From: Blastocladiella emersonii ATCC 22665
Taxonomy: Eukaryota > Fungi > Blastocladiomycota
Reading direction: 5' to 3'
Assembly: GCA_025594325.1 (NCBI GenBank)
Contig: JANHCV010000004.1
Location: 310,001 to 374,000, forward strand
Length of the DNA: 64,000 nucleotides
The translations under genes were made by a program, and so were the position numbers. The notes under the pieces were generated by a model that was given only the letters and a program-made list of their open reading frames with translations, searched no databases and was not told the DNA's origin. This document shows positions 32,059-41,355 of the stretch, one piece after another; position 1 is the stretch's first letter; the number at the start of each line of letters is the position of its first letter.

Positions 32059-34410
32059 ATGCACTCGTCGCACTACTACGGCCAGCACTACTACGCCCCG
32101 ACCGGGCCGCCGCCGCCGGTGACGGCCGGCCAGCACCCGGTCTACGGCGCCGCCTACTACGGCATCGCGCCGCCCGCCGTCCCGCCGCCGCAGCAGCACC
32201 AGCATCACCAGCAGCACCTGCACCGCGCCCACCCCGACTCGGACGACGACGTCGACGACCTGCTCGACTGGAACACGCTCCACGCCGCCGCCCAGCCCGT
32301 CCCCGCCGCCGCCACGCACGCCCGCGCCGCCTCCGCCTCGGCCCTCCCCGACCCGTCCGCCCTCGGCCAGCTCTCCCCCGCCTACAACGCGCGCCCGGCC
32401 TGGCACCCGCTCGTCCACGTCGCCCCCGATGCCGCCACCCTCAATGCCGACCCGGCCGCCGCGCGCCCCGACATGCTCGACGTGACGCTCGGCGTCGTGC
32501 TCGACGCCCTGCCGCACTACACGCACCACGAGCTGGCCGCGCGCCAGACGGCCGTGACCGCGGCCGCGCTGTCGGTGCTCCCCAAGGCGCGCGGGTTCCA
32601 GGTGCTGCCCGGCACGCCGGCGGGCGCCGCAGTCCCCGTCAGCATGGTCCAGTTTGTCGTCGGGATCCCGATGCTCGCGCCCATCGACCTGCCCGACCGC
32701 CTCCAGATCGACACCTTCTGCGCGGTGCGCCTGCACGTCCTCGACATGTCGCCGCCGCGCGCCGTGGTCGCGCGCGAGCTGACCGTGTCGCTGGCCGGCA
32801 TCGCGCGCAAGTGGTCCAAGTCCGCGTTTGAGGCGGCGCTCGTCCGCGAGCACTCGGGCTTCACGCGCGTGCGGTCGTTCGGCGCCCCGCCCAACGCCAG
32901 CGTCCAGACCGCCATCGCGGCGGTGCGGTCGCCCGACGACTACGCCGAGGTGGTGCGCCGCGGGTTCGTCCTGGTCCGCGACTCGTGCGTGCTGGTGCGG
33001 CCCAACGGCCACCCGGCCGCCGACTGGCAGGGCCGCATCGACCGCGCCGTGTGGGTGCACCGCCTGCCGCGCGGCGTGCGCGACGCCGACCTGCCCGCCG
33101 TCTTCGACCCGGCCCACTTCGAGCACATGACGGTCCTCACGGGCGCCGCGCAGCACCAGCTGCAGCTCCAGCAGCAGGGGCAGGTGCAGCCGACGCCGTT
33201 CGGCGCCTTCGACGACGGCATCGTCGAGCTCGTGTGCCACTCGGTCGAGGAGCGCGACCAGCTGCTCGCGGGCCCGCGCTGGTTCACGCTCGCCAAGCAC
33301 ACCGTGTTCCTGACGGCGTACGGCGTGCGCGCGTGCTGGAAGTGCGGCAGCCCGCAGCACATGTCCAAGGCGTGCCCGAGCGGCAAGGGCATGCGGCTGG
33401 CCACGGCCGCGGCCCGCACCACGGGCGAGACCACCTTTGACCGCGAGTCGATGCGCGGCATGCTCGCCCGGTTCCCCGAGGACCCGCTCGCCCACGTCGC
33501 GCTCGGCCCGCTCGACGGCTGGGACCGCGTCCCGCGCGCCTTCCCGTACCCGCCGATCGCTGCCCAGCTCAAGCTGAGCGAGACCGGCGAGGTTATCGAC
33601 GAGGACTACTACGCGCTCGCCGCCCACGCGGCCGCTGCCGCCACCCCCGGCCTGGGTAACACGAACGGGAACGGCGCTACCACCACCACCACGACCACCA
33701 TCACCACTTCAATCAACAACAGCAACAACAACATGACCCCGACCAAGACCGGCTCGACCGACTCGCTCGCCACCATCACCACCACCACCACCAAGACCAC
33801 GGTCACCCGCACCACCACCATGAACGTCACGGCGCCCGTGTTCGTTCCGGCCTCGCCCGCTCCGGCCTCGGCCTCGGCCAAGTCTTCCTCCTCAGACCTC
33901 CGCTCCTTCCGCGGCTCGTGGGACATGCTCAACCAGCAGCAGCAGCAACAGCAGCAGCCGACCATGGCGCCGGTCCCGCCGCCGCAGCAGCAGCCCGTGG
34001 CGCCGGGCTTCACCTTCATCCCACCGCAGGTGCAGGTGCAGCCGCAGTACATGTACCCGGGCGCGCCGCTCGTCCCCGGCGGCGGGCTCGGGATGGCGAC
34101 GCTTCCGCCGTTCGGCCCCGCGCAGCCGTACCTCGGCGGGTTCGGCGGGGCCGGGGCGTTCGGGTACCCGCGGCAGTCGGCGCCCAGCACCACGAGCTCG
34201 ACGGGTGCCGCGTACTACGGCAGCGCCAGCAGCATCGCCGACGTGACCGAGGACGGGTACGACTACAGCAACGGCGGCGACGAGTACGACTACGTCGGCG
34301 AGGACTACTACCCGCCCTCGGGCGCCCCCGCCGGCGCCGCCGGGAACGCGTCCAACGCGTACGCGGTCGCCTACGCCGCGGGCAACAACCAGTACCGCCA
34401 GTTCGGATGA
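32059..34410 (+). CDS. Intronless RRM-like plus CCHC zinc-knuckle protein with low-complexity termini (LINE ORF1-like)
   Basis: Open 783-codon frame with host codon bias. VWVHRLPRGVRDADLPAVF..GIVELVCHSVEERDQLL is RRM-like and is followed directly by CWKCGSPQHMSKAC (CX2CX4HX4C). Confidence 0.75.
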   Translation: MHSSHYYGQHYYAPTGPPPPVTAGQHPVYGAAYYGIAPPAVPPPQQHQHHQQHLHRAHPDSDDDVDDLLDWNTLHAAAQPVPAAATHARAASASALPDPSALGQLSPAYNARPAWHPLVHVAPDAATLNADPAAARPDMLDVTLGVVLDALPHYTHHELAARQTAVTAAALSVLPKARGFQVLPGTPAGAAVPVSMVQFVVGIPMLAPIDLPDRLQIDTFCAVRLHVLDMSPPRAVVARELTVSLAGIARKWSKSAFEAALVREHSGFTRVRSFGAPPNASVQTAIAAVRSPDDYAEVVRRGFVLVRDSCVLVRPNGHPAADWQGRIDRAVWVHRLPRGVRDADLPAVFDPAHFEHMTVLTGAAQHQLQLQQQGQVQPTPFGAFDDGIVELVCHSVEERDQLLAGPRWFTLAKHTVFLTAYGVRACWKCGSPQHMSKACPSGKGMRLATAAARTTGETTFDRESMRGMLARFPEDPLAHVALGPLDGWDRVPRAFPYPPIAAQLKLSETGEVIDEDYYALAAHAAAAATPGLGNTNGNGATTTTTTTITTSINNSNNNMTPTKTGSTDSLATITTTTTKTTVTRTTTMNVTAPVFVPASPAPASASAKSSSSDLRSFRGSWDMLNQQQQQQQQPTMAPVPPPQQQPVAPGFTFIPPQVQVQPQYMYPGAPLVPGGGLGMATLPPFGPAQPYLGGFGGAGAFGYPRQSAPSTTSSTGAAYYGSASSIADVTEDGYDYSNGGDEYDYVGEDYYPPSGAPAGAAGNASNAYAVAYAAGNNQYRQFG

Positions 34411-34662
34411 TGATGATGATGACGATGACGACGGCGACGGGCGGGCGGGCCCCACTGGCTTGCGTTTCGTCGCGCTGTCGCGGGCCTCGCTCTCCTTTTT
34501 CCTACCTTTCTTTCTGTTCCGTGGCCGTCGCTGGACTTTGCTCTCTGAGCTCTCTTCTGCCTCCTCGACGGCCCGTGCCCCTTACACACCAATAATTATT
34601 ATCAACTATCGCCTCCCTCTATAAATCCCAAAAAAAAAATACATAATCGAGCCATTATATTT

Positions 34663-37434
34663 TCAATCCAGTGGTGGTAGTGGTGGGATCGTGGGCTGAA
34701 CAAACGGCGCCGGCCGCCGCGGACCCGCGGCCATGGTCGCTGGCGGCGGCGGCGGCGCGACGGGGCCGATGGTCGACGACGAGGTCGATGTCGAGTCCGA
34801 GTCGTACGACTCGTCCTCGCCCGTGAAGTACGACGACGAGGACGACTCGGTAGCTTCAGAATCGGTCGGCGACGAGGCGTCCGTGGTCGACGACGGCGGC
34901 GTGGACCCGCTACTGCCGCTGCCGCTGCTCGACTCGCCGTGGCCGCCGTGATCGTGCACGTACAGGCGCGACCCGAACCCGATCTCGCCGACCGACGTGG
35001 CCATGGAATCGTCGTACGCGGGCGTCGCGCCCGCCGCTGCCGCCGCCGGGTGCTGTTCGACGCGGATCTCGCCGACCGACAGCTCGTCCGGGGCCGGGAG
35101 ACTGATCCCGCTCGACGCCGAGGACGCGAGCTGGCGCACGCGGTCGAGCGCGCGACGCTTCGCCGCGGCGCGCGCCCGCTGCACCCTTGCGAGCCCGGCG
35201 CCGAGCGGGCCGCCGACCTTGGGGACGGCGTACGGGGCCTGCGTATCCGTGACGACCACCGAGTCGTCCGGGTCGCCGATCAGCGCGACGCCTGGCGGCG
35301 GCCACGCCGCGGACGACACGATCTCGCCGTCCGAGAGTAGGAACGAGACGATCTCGTCGTGCGAGACGGATGTCAGGGACACGGAGTGCGAGGGCGTGCT
35401 GGAATCGAGCGACGTGACGAGCCCGGGGCTCCTGGACGTCGTGCGCGGCGAGGCGGGCGGGAGCGAGTCGCCGGGAGTCGCGACGCGCGGTGCGGGCGGC
35501 GGGGTGGGGGTCATGAGCTCGGTCGTCGTGAGCGAGACGGACGGGAGCTCGGGCTCGGGGGTCGCAGGCTGCACCGCGGCGTCGGCCATCACAACAAGCG
35601 GCGGCGGGGCGGGCGGGGACATTTGGGTCTCGGCGTCGGCGAGGTCGGGGTGTGGCGGCAGCTGCGGGAGTACGGGTGGCGGGGACGGTGGCGGCGTGGG
35701 CTCGGCTTCCTCCTCGTCCGAGTCCTCAACGATCGTCGGCAGCGACACGTCCGGGAGCGACGTCTGCGCGGCGACCTCGTGCAGGACGAGGCGGACGACG
35801 TCCGGCTTGACGGGCGACACAGGCGGGAGCACGGGCACGGGTGGCGGAGGGGACGGCGCGGGCGTGACCTGGGTCGCGCCGTGGACGCGGGCGGGCGAAA
35901 AGTCGGCCTGGACCGTCATATCGGCCACGTGGACGGCGGGCGCGGGCTCGGGGTCGGGATCGGCCTGGATGGCCTTGGCGACGGGGTACTCGGCGATGGC
36001 GCGGCGCGCGAGGTCGGCGACCAGCTCTACGACGACGGAATCGACGAGATCGTCGACGGCGACACGGACGAGGAGCTCCTGCTGGATCCACGCGACGAGG
36101 TCGGCGTGCAGGTGCGCGGTGTCGATGAGCGGCGGCTCGTCCTCCAAAACAGGCGGTGGTGGTGGTGGCGGATGAGCAGCAACGACGCGCGCGACCTCAG
36201 ACTCCCGCGGCGGCGGCGCCCAGTCGACAGTCTGCGTCCCCTTGACGGCGACGCGGACGAGCCCCGCGGTATCCACGGCGGCGTGGGCGATCGGGAGGAT
36301 ATCGGTCTGGCACCCGCGCGCGGCGCCGGGTTCCGGGTCGGCCTGGACGCCGCGCGCCGGTTTGGGGGAGGGCGGCGGGGTCGGCGTTTTCGCGGTGCCG
36401 CGGGAGAAGAAGGGCGGCGCGTCGCTCTGCGTGCCCGCGTCCACGGGCCCGCGGTCCGCCGGCTGCGCCTGCGTCGCGACCGACATGGTGCGGACGACGG
36501 GCGAGGGCGCGGTCTGCTGCGAGACGGTGGTGGTGCGCACAGCGGCGGCGCGGGGAGCGGGCTTGTACACGGCCACGACGGGTGTCGGCGTCGGCGTCGG
36601 CGTCGCTGGTGGTGGAGGAACGGGCCGTGCTGGGGCAGGCGCAGATGCGGGTTTCCGCCGCGACGGCGCGGGTGACCGCGACCGCGCGGGCCGCGCGGAG
36701 GGCGGGGCCTCGAGGAACGGCGGCGGGAGCGGCGGGGCGGGCGACGGGAGCGCGGTCAGGTGCGGCGGCTTCATGGAGGTGCGACGCAGAAAGATGGGGT
36801 TCTGCGTGACGCGCACGTTGTAGAACTTGTTGGGCGCGCGCAGCGGCGACGTCGCGCGGGCCGGGGTCGCGGGCGGCGGATCGACGGCGGCGCTCGGTTG
36901 TTGCTGTGCTCTCTGGCGCGGCGCGACGGGTGCCGGGATCTGAGTCGGCGGAGGCGGGTGCGACCTGACGCGCGGTTGCGGCGGCGGCGGTGGAGGAGCT
37001 GGTCTCGCGGATGCAGCCGCGGCGCGCGCCGAGAGCTCGTGGTGCGCAGCGTGATGGTGCATCTGCTGAGCGGCGAGGTTGCGCACGCGCGCCATGATGG
37101 ACTCGGTGACGAGCGCGGGTCCGTGGCTTGACGCATCGTCAGGGGTCGGTGAGGCCACGATGCGCGAGGCGCGGAGCAGCGTCGTGCGCGCGCCCGCGTA
37201 GTCAAACTCGCCGCCGAGCGCCTGGGTCAGCCGCGCATCGGCGAGCGCGCGGGCCGTCGGCGCGAACGTCTCCTGGGCGGCGGACCGTTTGACGCGCAGG
37301 ATCGAGGCGACCGCCGACGAGGAAGATGCGGCGGCCGGTGGTGGCGGCGGGCGCGAGGACCCGAGCTTGGAGGACCGCAGCGCCTCGAGCTCGCGGAAGA
37401 CGCGGGCCGAGAGCGCGGTCGTGGAGTCGTTCAT
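34663..37434 (-). CDS. Pro-rich protein, possibly TALPID3/KIAA0586-like
   Basis: The ORF is clearly coding from MNDSTTALS. LVAWIQQELLVRV resembles the TALPID3 LxxWVEQExxxR motif as recalled, and repeated S(D/V)GEI motifs lie near the C-terminus. The family assignment is an inference. Confidence 0.55.
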   Translation of the reverse strand: MNDSTTALSARVFRELEALRSSKLGSSRPPPPPAAASSSSAVASILRVKRSAAQETFAPTARALADARLTQALGGEFDYAGARTTLLRASRIVASPTPDDASSHGPALVTESIMARVRNLAAQQMHHHAAHHELSARAAAASARPAPPPPPPQPRVRSHPPPPTQIPAPVAPRQRAQQQPSAAVDPPPATPARATSPLRAPNKFYNVRVTQNPIFLRRTSMKPPHLTALPSPAPPLPPPFLEAPPSARPARSRSPAPSRRKPASAPAPARPVPPPPATPTPTPTPVVAVYKPAPRAAAVRTTTVSQQTAPSPVVRTMSVATQAQPADRGPVDAGTQSDAPPFFSRGTAKTPTPPPSPKPARGVQADPEPGAARGCQTDILPIAHAAVDTAGLVRVAVKGTQTVDWAPPPRESEVARVVAAHPPPPPPPVLEDEPPLIDTAHLHADLVAWIQQELLVRVAVDDLVDSVVVELVADLARRAIAEYPVAKAIQADPDPEPAPAVHVADMTVQADFSPARVHGATQVTPAPSPPPPVPVLPPVSPVKPDVVRLVLHEVAAQTSLPDVSLPTIVEDSDEEEAEPTPPPSPPPVLPQLPPHPDLADAETQMSPPAPPPLVVMADAAVQPATPEPELPSVSLTTTELMTPTPPPAPRVATPGDSLPPASPRTTSRSPGLVTSLDSSTPSHSVSLTSVSHDEIVSFLLSDGEIVSSAAWPPPGVALIGDPDDSVVVTDTQAPYAVPKVGGPLGAGLARVQRARAAAKRRALDRVRQLASSASSGISLPAPDELSVGEIRVEQHPAAAAAGATPAYDDSMATSVGEIGFGSRLYVHDHGGHGESSSGSGSSGSTPPSSTTDASSPTDSEATESSSSSYFTGEDESYDSDSTSTSSSTIGPVAPPPPPATMAAGPRRPAPFVQPTIPPLPPLD

Positions 37435-37704
37435 TGCATTACATGGATTGATGGGTCGGTCAGAGAGGGAGAGCGGGAGGGGTGGGAAGGGCGGCGATCG
37501 TCTCGCACCTTGGCGGAGGCGCGACGCACAATCGCGTGAGGGCACGTTGGCGGCGACCCCTGAGACCTTGCCTGTTGCGACGCGTCGTCGTCGTCCTTCT
37601 GGTCGTCCTTGCTCTCCTCGCCGCACCCACCGCCATCGCATCCGCGCCCATGAATCACCGCCGCCGGCGCAACGAGTAGCCGCAACCGCACCCACGGAGA
37701 GAGA

Positions 37705-40560
37705 ATGCTGCGCCGCTCCGACTCGACCGACTCGCAGCTCGGCGCCGCGGCCGAGCCGCTCAAGACGCTGCGCAGCCGCGTCATCTACGAGTCGCCCGTC
37801 GCCCCCAAGGGCCGCCGCGCCGCCGTCACCCGCGCCGTCGGGCCCGCCGCGCCCTCGGATACCGCCGACCCGGCGTTCCCCACACCCTCGCGCCCGCCGC
37901 GCACCACCGCGGGCTCCTTCCCCACCGCCACCTCTGCGCCGTCCAATGAGATGCCCGCCCCCGCCCCTGCACCCATGCCCGCCAAGGTCTGGCTGACGCG
38001 CCTCCCGCGCAGCGGCGGCAACGTCGTCGACATGGGCTCGTCCGTCCCTCCACCGCCGCCATCGCAGCCGCCGGCACCCCCGAAGCAGCAGCAGCAGTAC
38101 ATGTATTACGAAGACGAAAATGAGGCCGAGGACGAGGCCGATCTGCTCCTCGACCGCGCCCGCGACCGTACCCTCCCGCCCGAGCACGAGGACCGCCGCC
38201 GCTCCGACCACTACGACGACTACGGTGAGGACGACTGGGGCCGCCGCGCCGTCTACCGCCCTACGGGTGGCGGCGGCGGCCGGGTCGGCTCACCCGTCCG
38301 CAACGGGTACCGCGTCGGCGCCGAAACCGGGTCGTCCTCGGCCGCTGACGCTGCGCGCGCACGCGTCTCCAACTCGGGCAACCCGCCACCACCGCGGCAA
38401 CAGCAGCAGCAGCAGCAGCAACAGCAGAAGCGCAACCCAGCACTCTCTCGCTCCGCCGACGCGCGCGAGGCCCTGACCAACCTCGCCTCGGACGTGGCCA
38501 CTGCGCTGCACGGCGGCAGCGAGTCCGTATCGCGCGCCGCCGCCGGCGCCTGGGCCCGCTCCTCGACGTCGCTCCGCGAGCACGTCGTCGCCCCCGCCGG
38601 CCGCATCGGTCACTGGATGCTGCGCGCCGATCACCGCCGCTTCCTCGTCGCCGTCCTCGTCGTCGCGCTCGGCATCGCGGCAACGTCCACGTTCGGCGCC
38701 AACATCCCGCTCGTCCCGACTACCCTGTTCGACTCGAACCAGTGGCGGCTCGCGTTCCCCACCCTGTTCCCGCCACCCGCGCAGCAGCCACACGTCGCTC
38801 CTGCGCCGGTGCCCGCGACCACGGCGAGACCGGTCGTGGTCAAGCCGCTGCCCGATCCTGCTCCAGCACCCGCTTCCGCTTCCGCTCCAGTCACGCCACC
38901 ACCTGCTCAACCCGCCGCTGCTGCCGATACCGCGGCACACTCGCCGCCCGCCGACACCGTTCCGCTTCGCGACATGCGGCGGCGCAGCGACGGCTCGACC
39001 GCGTCCGCCGACCCGGACGAGGCCGTCGCGTTGATCGTCGCGCGCATGGAGCGCCTGCAGGAGCACGTCGCGGTCCTGCGCACGCAGCTGGCCGACCAGG
39101 AGTCGATGCACCTGCGCCGGTACCAGCGGCTCGCCGACGAGGCCGAGGAGAAGATCGCGTCGCTCGCCTCCTCCCTCACCGCGGCGCTCGCCGCGCAGGA
39201 GCAGCTGGCCGCGCGGCCCGCGCCGCCGCCCGTCGACCCCGAGGTCGTGGCACGCCACGTCGCGTCGGCCGTCCAGCCGTGGATGACGTCGATGCAGCAG
39301 CGCGTCCTCGCCACGGCGACGCAGGCGCGCGAGCGCGTCGAGAAGGTCGAGGGCGATCTCGCCGCCCTGCAGGCCGCGTGTGACGCGGCCCTCGCGCGCG
39401 CCGCCGACTCGATCGCCGACGCCCGCAAGCAGGCCGAGCTCGCGGCCGCGCGCCCGCCACCACCGCCGCCCGCCCCGCCCGCCCCGCCCGCGCCCATCCG
39501 CGCGCGGCTGCCCGACTTTGCCCTGATCCCCGCCGGCGCGCGCGTCGTGCACGCGCTCACGTCCAGGACGTACGCGTGGCCCGCACGCAACCCGGTCCTC
39601 GCGATGCTCGGCATGACGACGACGGGGCACCCGCCCGAGGCCGCATTCCTCCCCGTCCCCGTCTCGATCGCCGCTGGCTCGGCGTCGGCTGCGGCGCTCC
39701 ACGCGTCGGGCGCCGTCGCGCTCGTCACCGAGTCCATGGTCGGCCGGTGCTGGGCCATGGCGGGCGACGCCGGGTTCGTGACGGTGCAGCTCGCGCGGCC
39801 CGCGACCGTCTCACACGTCGCCGTCGCGCACCTCCCGCGCGCCGCGACCGTCGATTTCGCAAGCGCGCCGCGCCGCGTGCGTGTGTTCGCCCTGTACCAC
39901 CTCCCCGCGCCGCTGGTCCCGAACGGGCACCGCGGGCCCGGGTCGGCGGTCCCGACCTCGATCGACGATGTGCCGACACTGAAACCCGTGGACGCCATGG
40001 CGCGCGCGACAGCGGCACGTGCGGCTGCGCAGAGCGGCGGTCCCGAGGCCGAGTACGTGACCCCGTTCAAGGTGCTCCTGGCCGAGCTCGACTTTGACGA
40101 TTTCGGCGTGGATGTCGAGGACGACGCGACCATTGGGACTCCTCCGGCTTCGCCGCCGTCCGATGCGCCGCCCGCACACGCCCTCCGCCCGCTCGCGTGG
40201 CGCACCGCGCCCGTGCGCACCGCGATCCGCGAGTTTGTGCGCGCGTTCCCCGTCACACACACGGCGTTCGCGGTCGTGGGCAACCACGGGCACCCGCTCC
40301 ACACGTGCGTGTACCGGTTCGCGGTCCACGGTAAGACGGCGCCCGGCGAGTCGGCGGAGGCCAGGGCCGCTGTGTCGAGCGCGCGGCAGCACCCGCCGCC
40401 GCCTCCACATGTGGCTCCACCAGCGGCGCCAGCGGCGGCGCTGCGGAGGGAGGCCAAGGCGAATGATGGACCGGTGCCTCCGCCGGTCCCGCACGATGGT
40501 GATGTGCAGGTCCCGCCGGCCGTGGTGCCCGACCACCCACCGGTGCCGCCGATGCCGTGA
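37705..40560 (+). CDS. SUN-domain (Sad1/UNC-84) inner nuclear membrane protein
   Basis: N-terminal disordered region, TM segment FLVAVLVVALGIAATSTF, coiled coil, and SUN domain (PDFALIPAGARVVHALTSRTY, GRCWAMAG, SAPRRVRVF, NHGHPLHTCVYRFAVHG). Confidence 0.92.
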   Translation: MLRRSDSTDSQLGAAAEPLKTLRSRVIYESPVAPKGRRAAVTRAVGPAAPSDTADPAFPTPSRPPRTTAGSFPTATSAPSNEMPAPAPAPMPAKVWLTRLPRSGGNVVDMGSSVPPPPPSQPPAPPKQQQQYMYYEDENEAEDEADLLLDRARDRTLPPEHEDRRRSDHYDDYGEDDWGRRAVYRPTGGGGGRVGSPVRNGYRVGAETGSSSAADAARARVSNSGNPPPPRQQQQQQQQQQKRNPALSRSADAREALTNLASDVATALHGGSESVSRAAAGAWARSSTSLREHVVAPAGRIGHWMLRADHRRFLVAVLVVALGIAATSTFGANIPLVPTTLFDSNQWRLAFPTLFPPPAQQPHVAPAPVPATTARPVVVKPLPDPAPAPASASAPVTPPPAQPAAAADTAAHSPPADTVPLRDMRRRSDGSTASADPDEAVALIVARMERLQEHVAVLRTQLADQESMHLRRYQRLADEAEEKIASLASSLTAALAAQEQLAARPAPPPVDPEVVARHVASAVQPWMTSMQQRVLATATQARERVEKVEGDLAALQAACDAALARAADSIADARKQAELAAARPPPPPPAPPAPPAPIRARLPDFALIPAGARVVHALTSRTYAWPARNPVLAMLGMTTTGHPPEAAFLPVPVSIAAGSASAAALHASGAVALVTESMVGRCWAMAGDAGFVTVQLARPATVSHVAVAHLPRAATVDFASAPRRVRVFALYHLPAPLVPNGHRGPGSAVPTSIDDVPTLKPVDAMARATAARAAAQSGGPEAEYVTPFKVLLAELDFDDFGVDVEDDATIGTPPASPPSDAPPAHALRPLAWRTAPVRTAIREFVRAFPVTHTAFAVVGNHGHPLHTCVYRFAVHGKTAPGESAEARAAVSSARQHPPPPPHVAPPAAPAAALRREAKANDGPVPPPVPHDGDVQVPPAVVPDHPPVPPMP

Positions 40561-40612
40561 GACTTGACAACAGGAGAAGGTGGAATAAACTATCACTTAC
40601 ATTGACACCCCT

Positions 40613-41163
40613 TCACTCGTCGGACGGCTTGGTCACGACCTGCTTCCCGACGACATACAAGCCCGTGCGCTTCTCGACGCGTCCCTCGCCCGCGAGGTGC
40701 GTGAACGGGGCCGCAGCGCTTGGGCTCGCGGCACGGTCCTCGCGCAGGTCACGGAACGTGACGGACCCAGGCACCGCGAGCGACGCCGTAGGCTCGAGCG
40801 CCGCCGAAACCCCCGGCGCGTCGCGCAGGTGGCCCACGAGTGACAAGAAGCGCGACAGGTCCGCGGTCGTCGTCTCGGGCGAGGCAGGGAGCGGGAGACC
40901 GGCCAGCGTGCACAGCGAGGCGAGCGACGGGAGCGGGTCGGCCTCGGACGTCGAGGTGCGAGGGGCCAGGAGCGAGCGGACTGACTTGGTCGGGTCTACA
41001 CTATTGAGTGTGAGGCTCGGGGGTGGGTCACTTCGGGGTGGGTGCGAAGGCTCGTACTCTGCAGGAGCGGGTGCACCTCGGGTCCCGTCGATAGCGCGCG
41101 ACTGACCACTACGGGCCGCGAAACGAGTGCGCAAGAGCGGGTTGCACTAAGTGCGCGATACAT
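40613..41163 (-). CDS. Mitochondrial glutamyl-tRNA(Gln) amidotransferase subunit C/F-like (GatC), 2 exons
   Basis: Presequence-like MYRALSATRSCALVSRPVVVSRALST and one GTACGA..TAG intron, then LASLCTLAGLPLP..DLSRFLSLVGHL..LEP..LRED..GLYVV, the GatC pattern. Confidence 0.6.
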
Positions 41164-41355
41164 GGGCTGCATATTGCGTTGTCAGGCAGGACGAGAGGTG
41201 AAAGCGACGGCGACATCACATGGGCGCAAGCGGCGCGCGACGCGTCCGCGAGACACGCGCGTCTCGCACCGCTTCATCCTTCTCCTCCGTCGGCTCTCAC
41301 GCATCTCATCAAGGAGCACATGTAACCTGATGCACACGGGCTGAGCGACGATACC

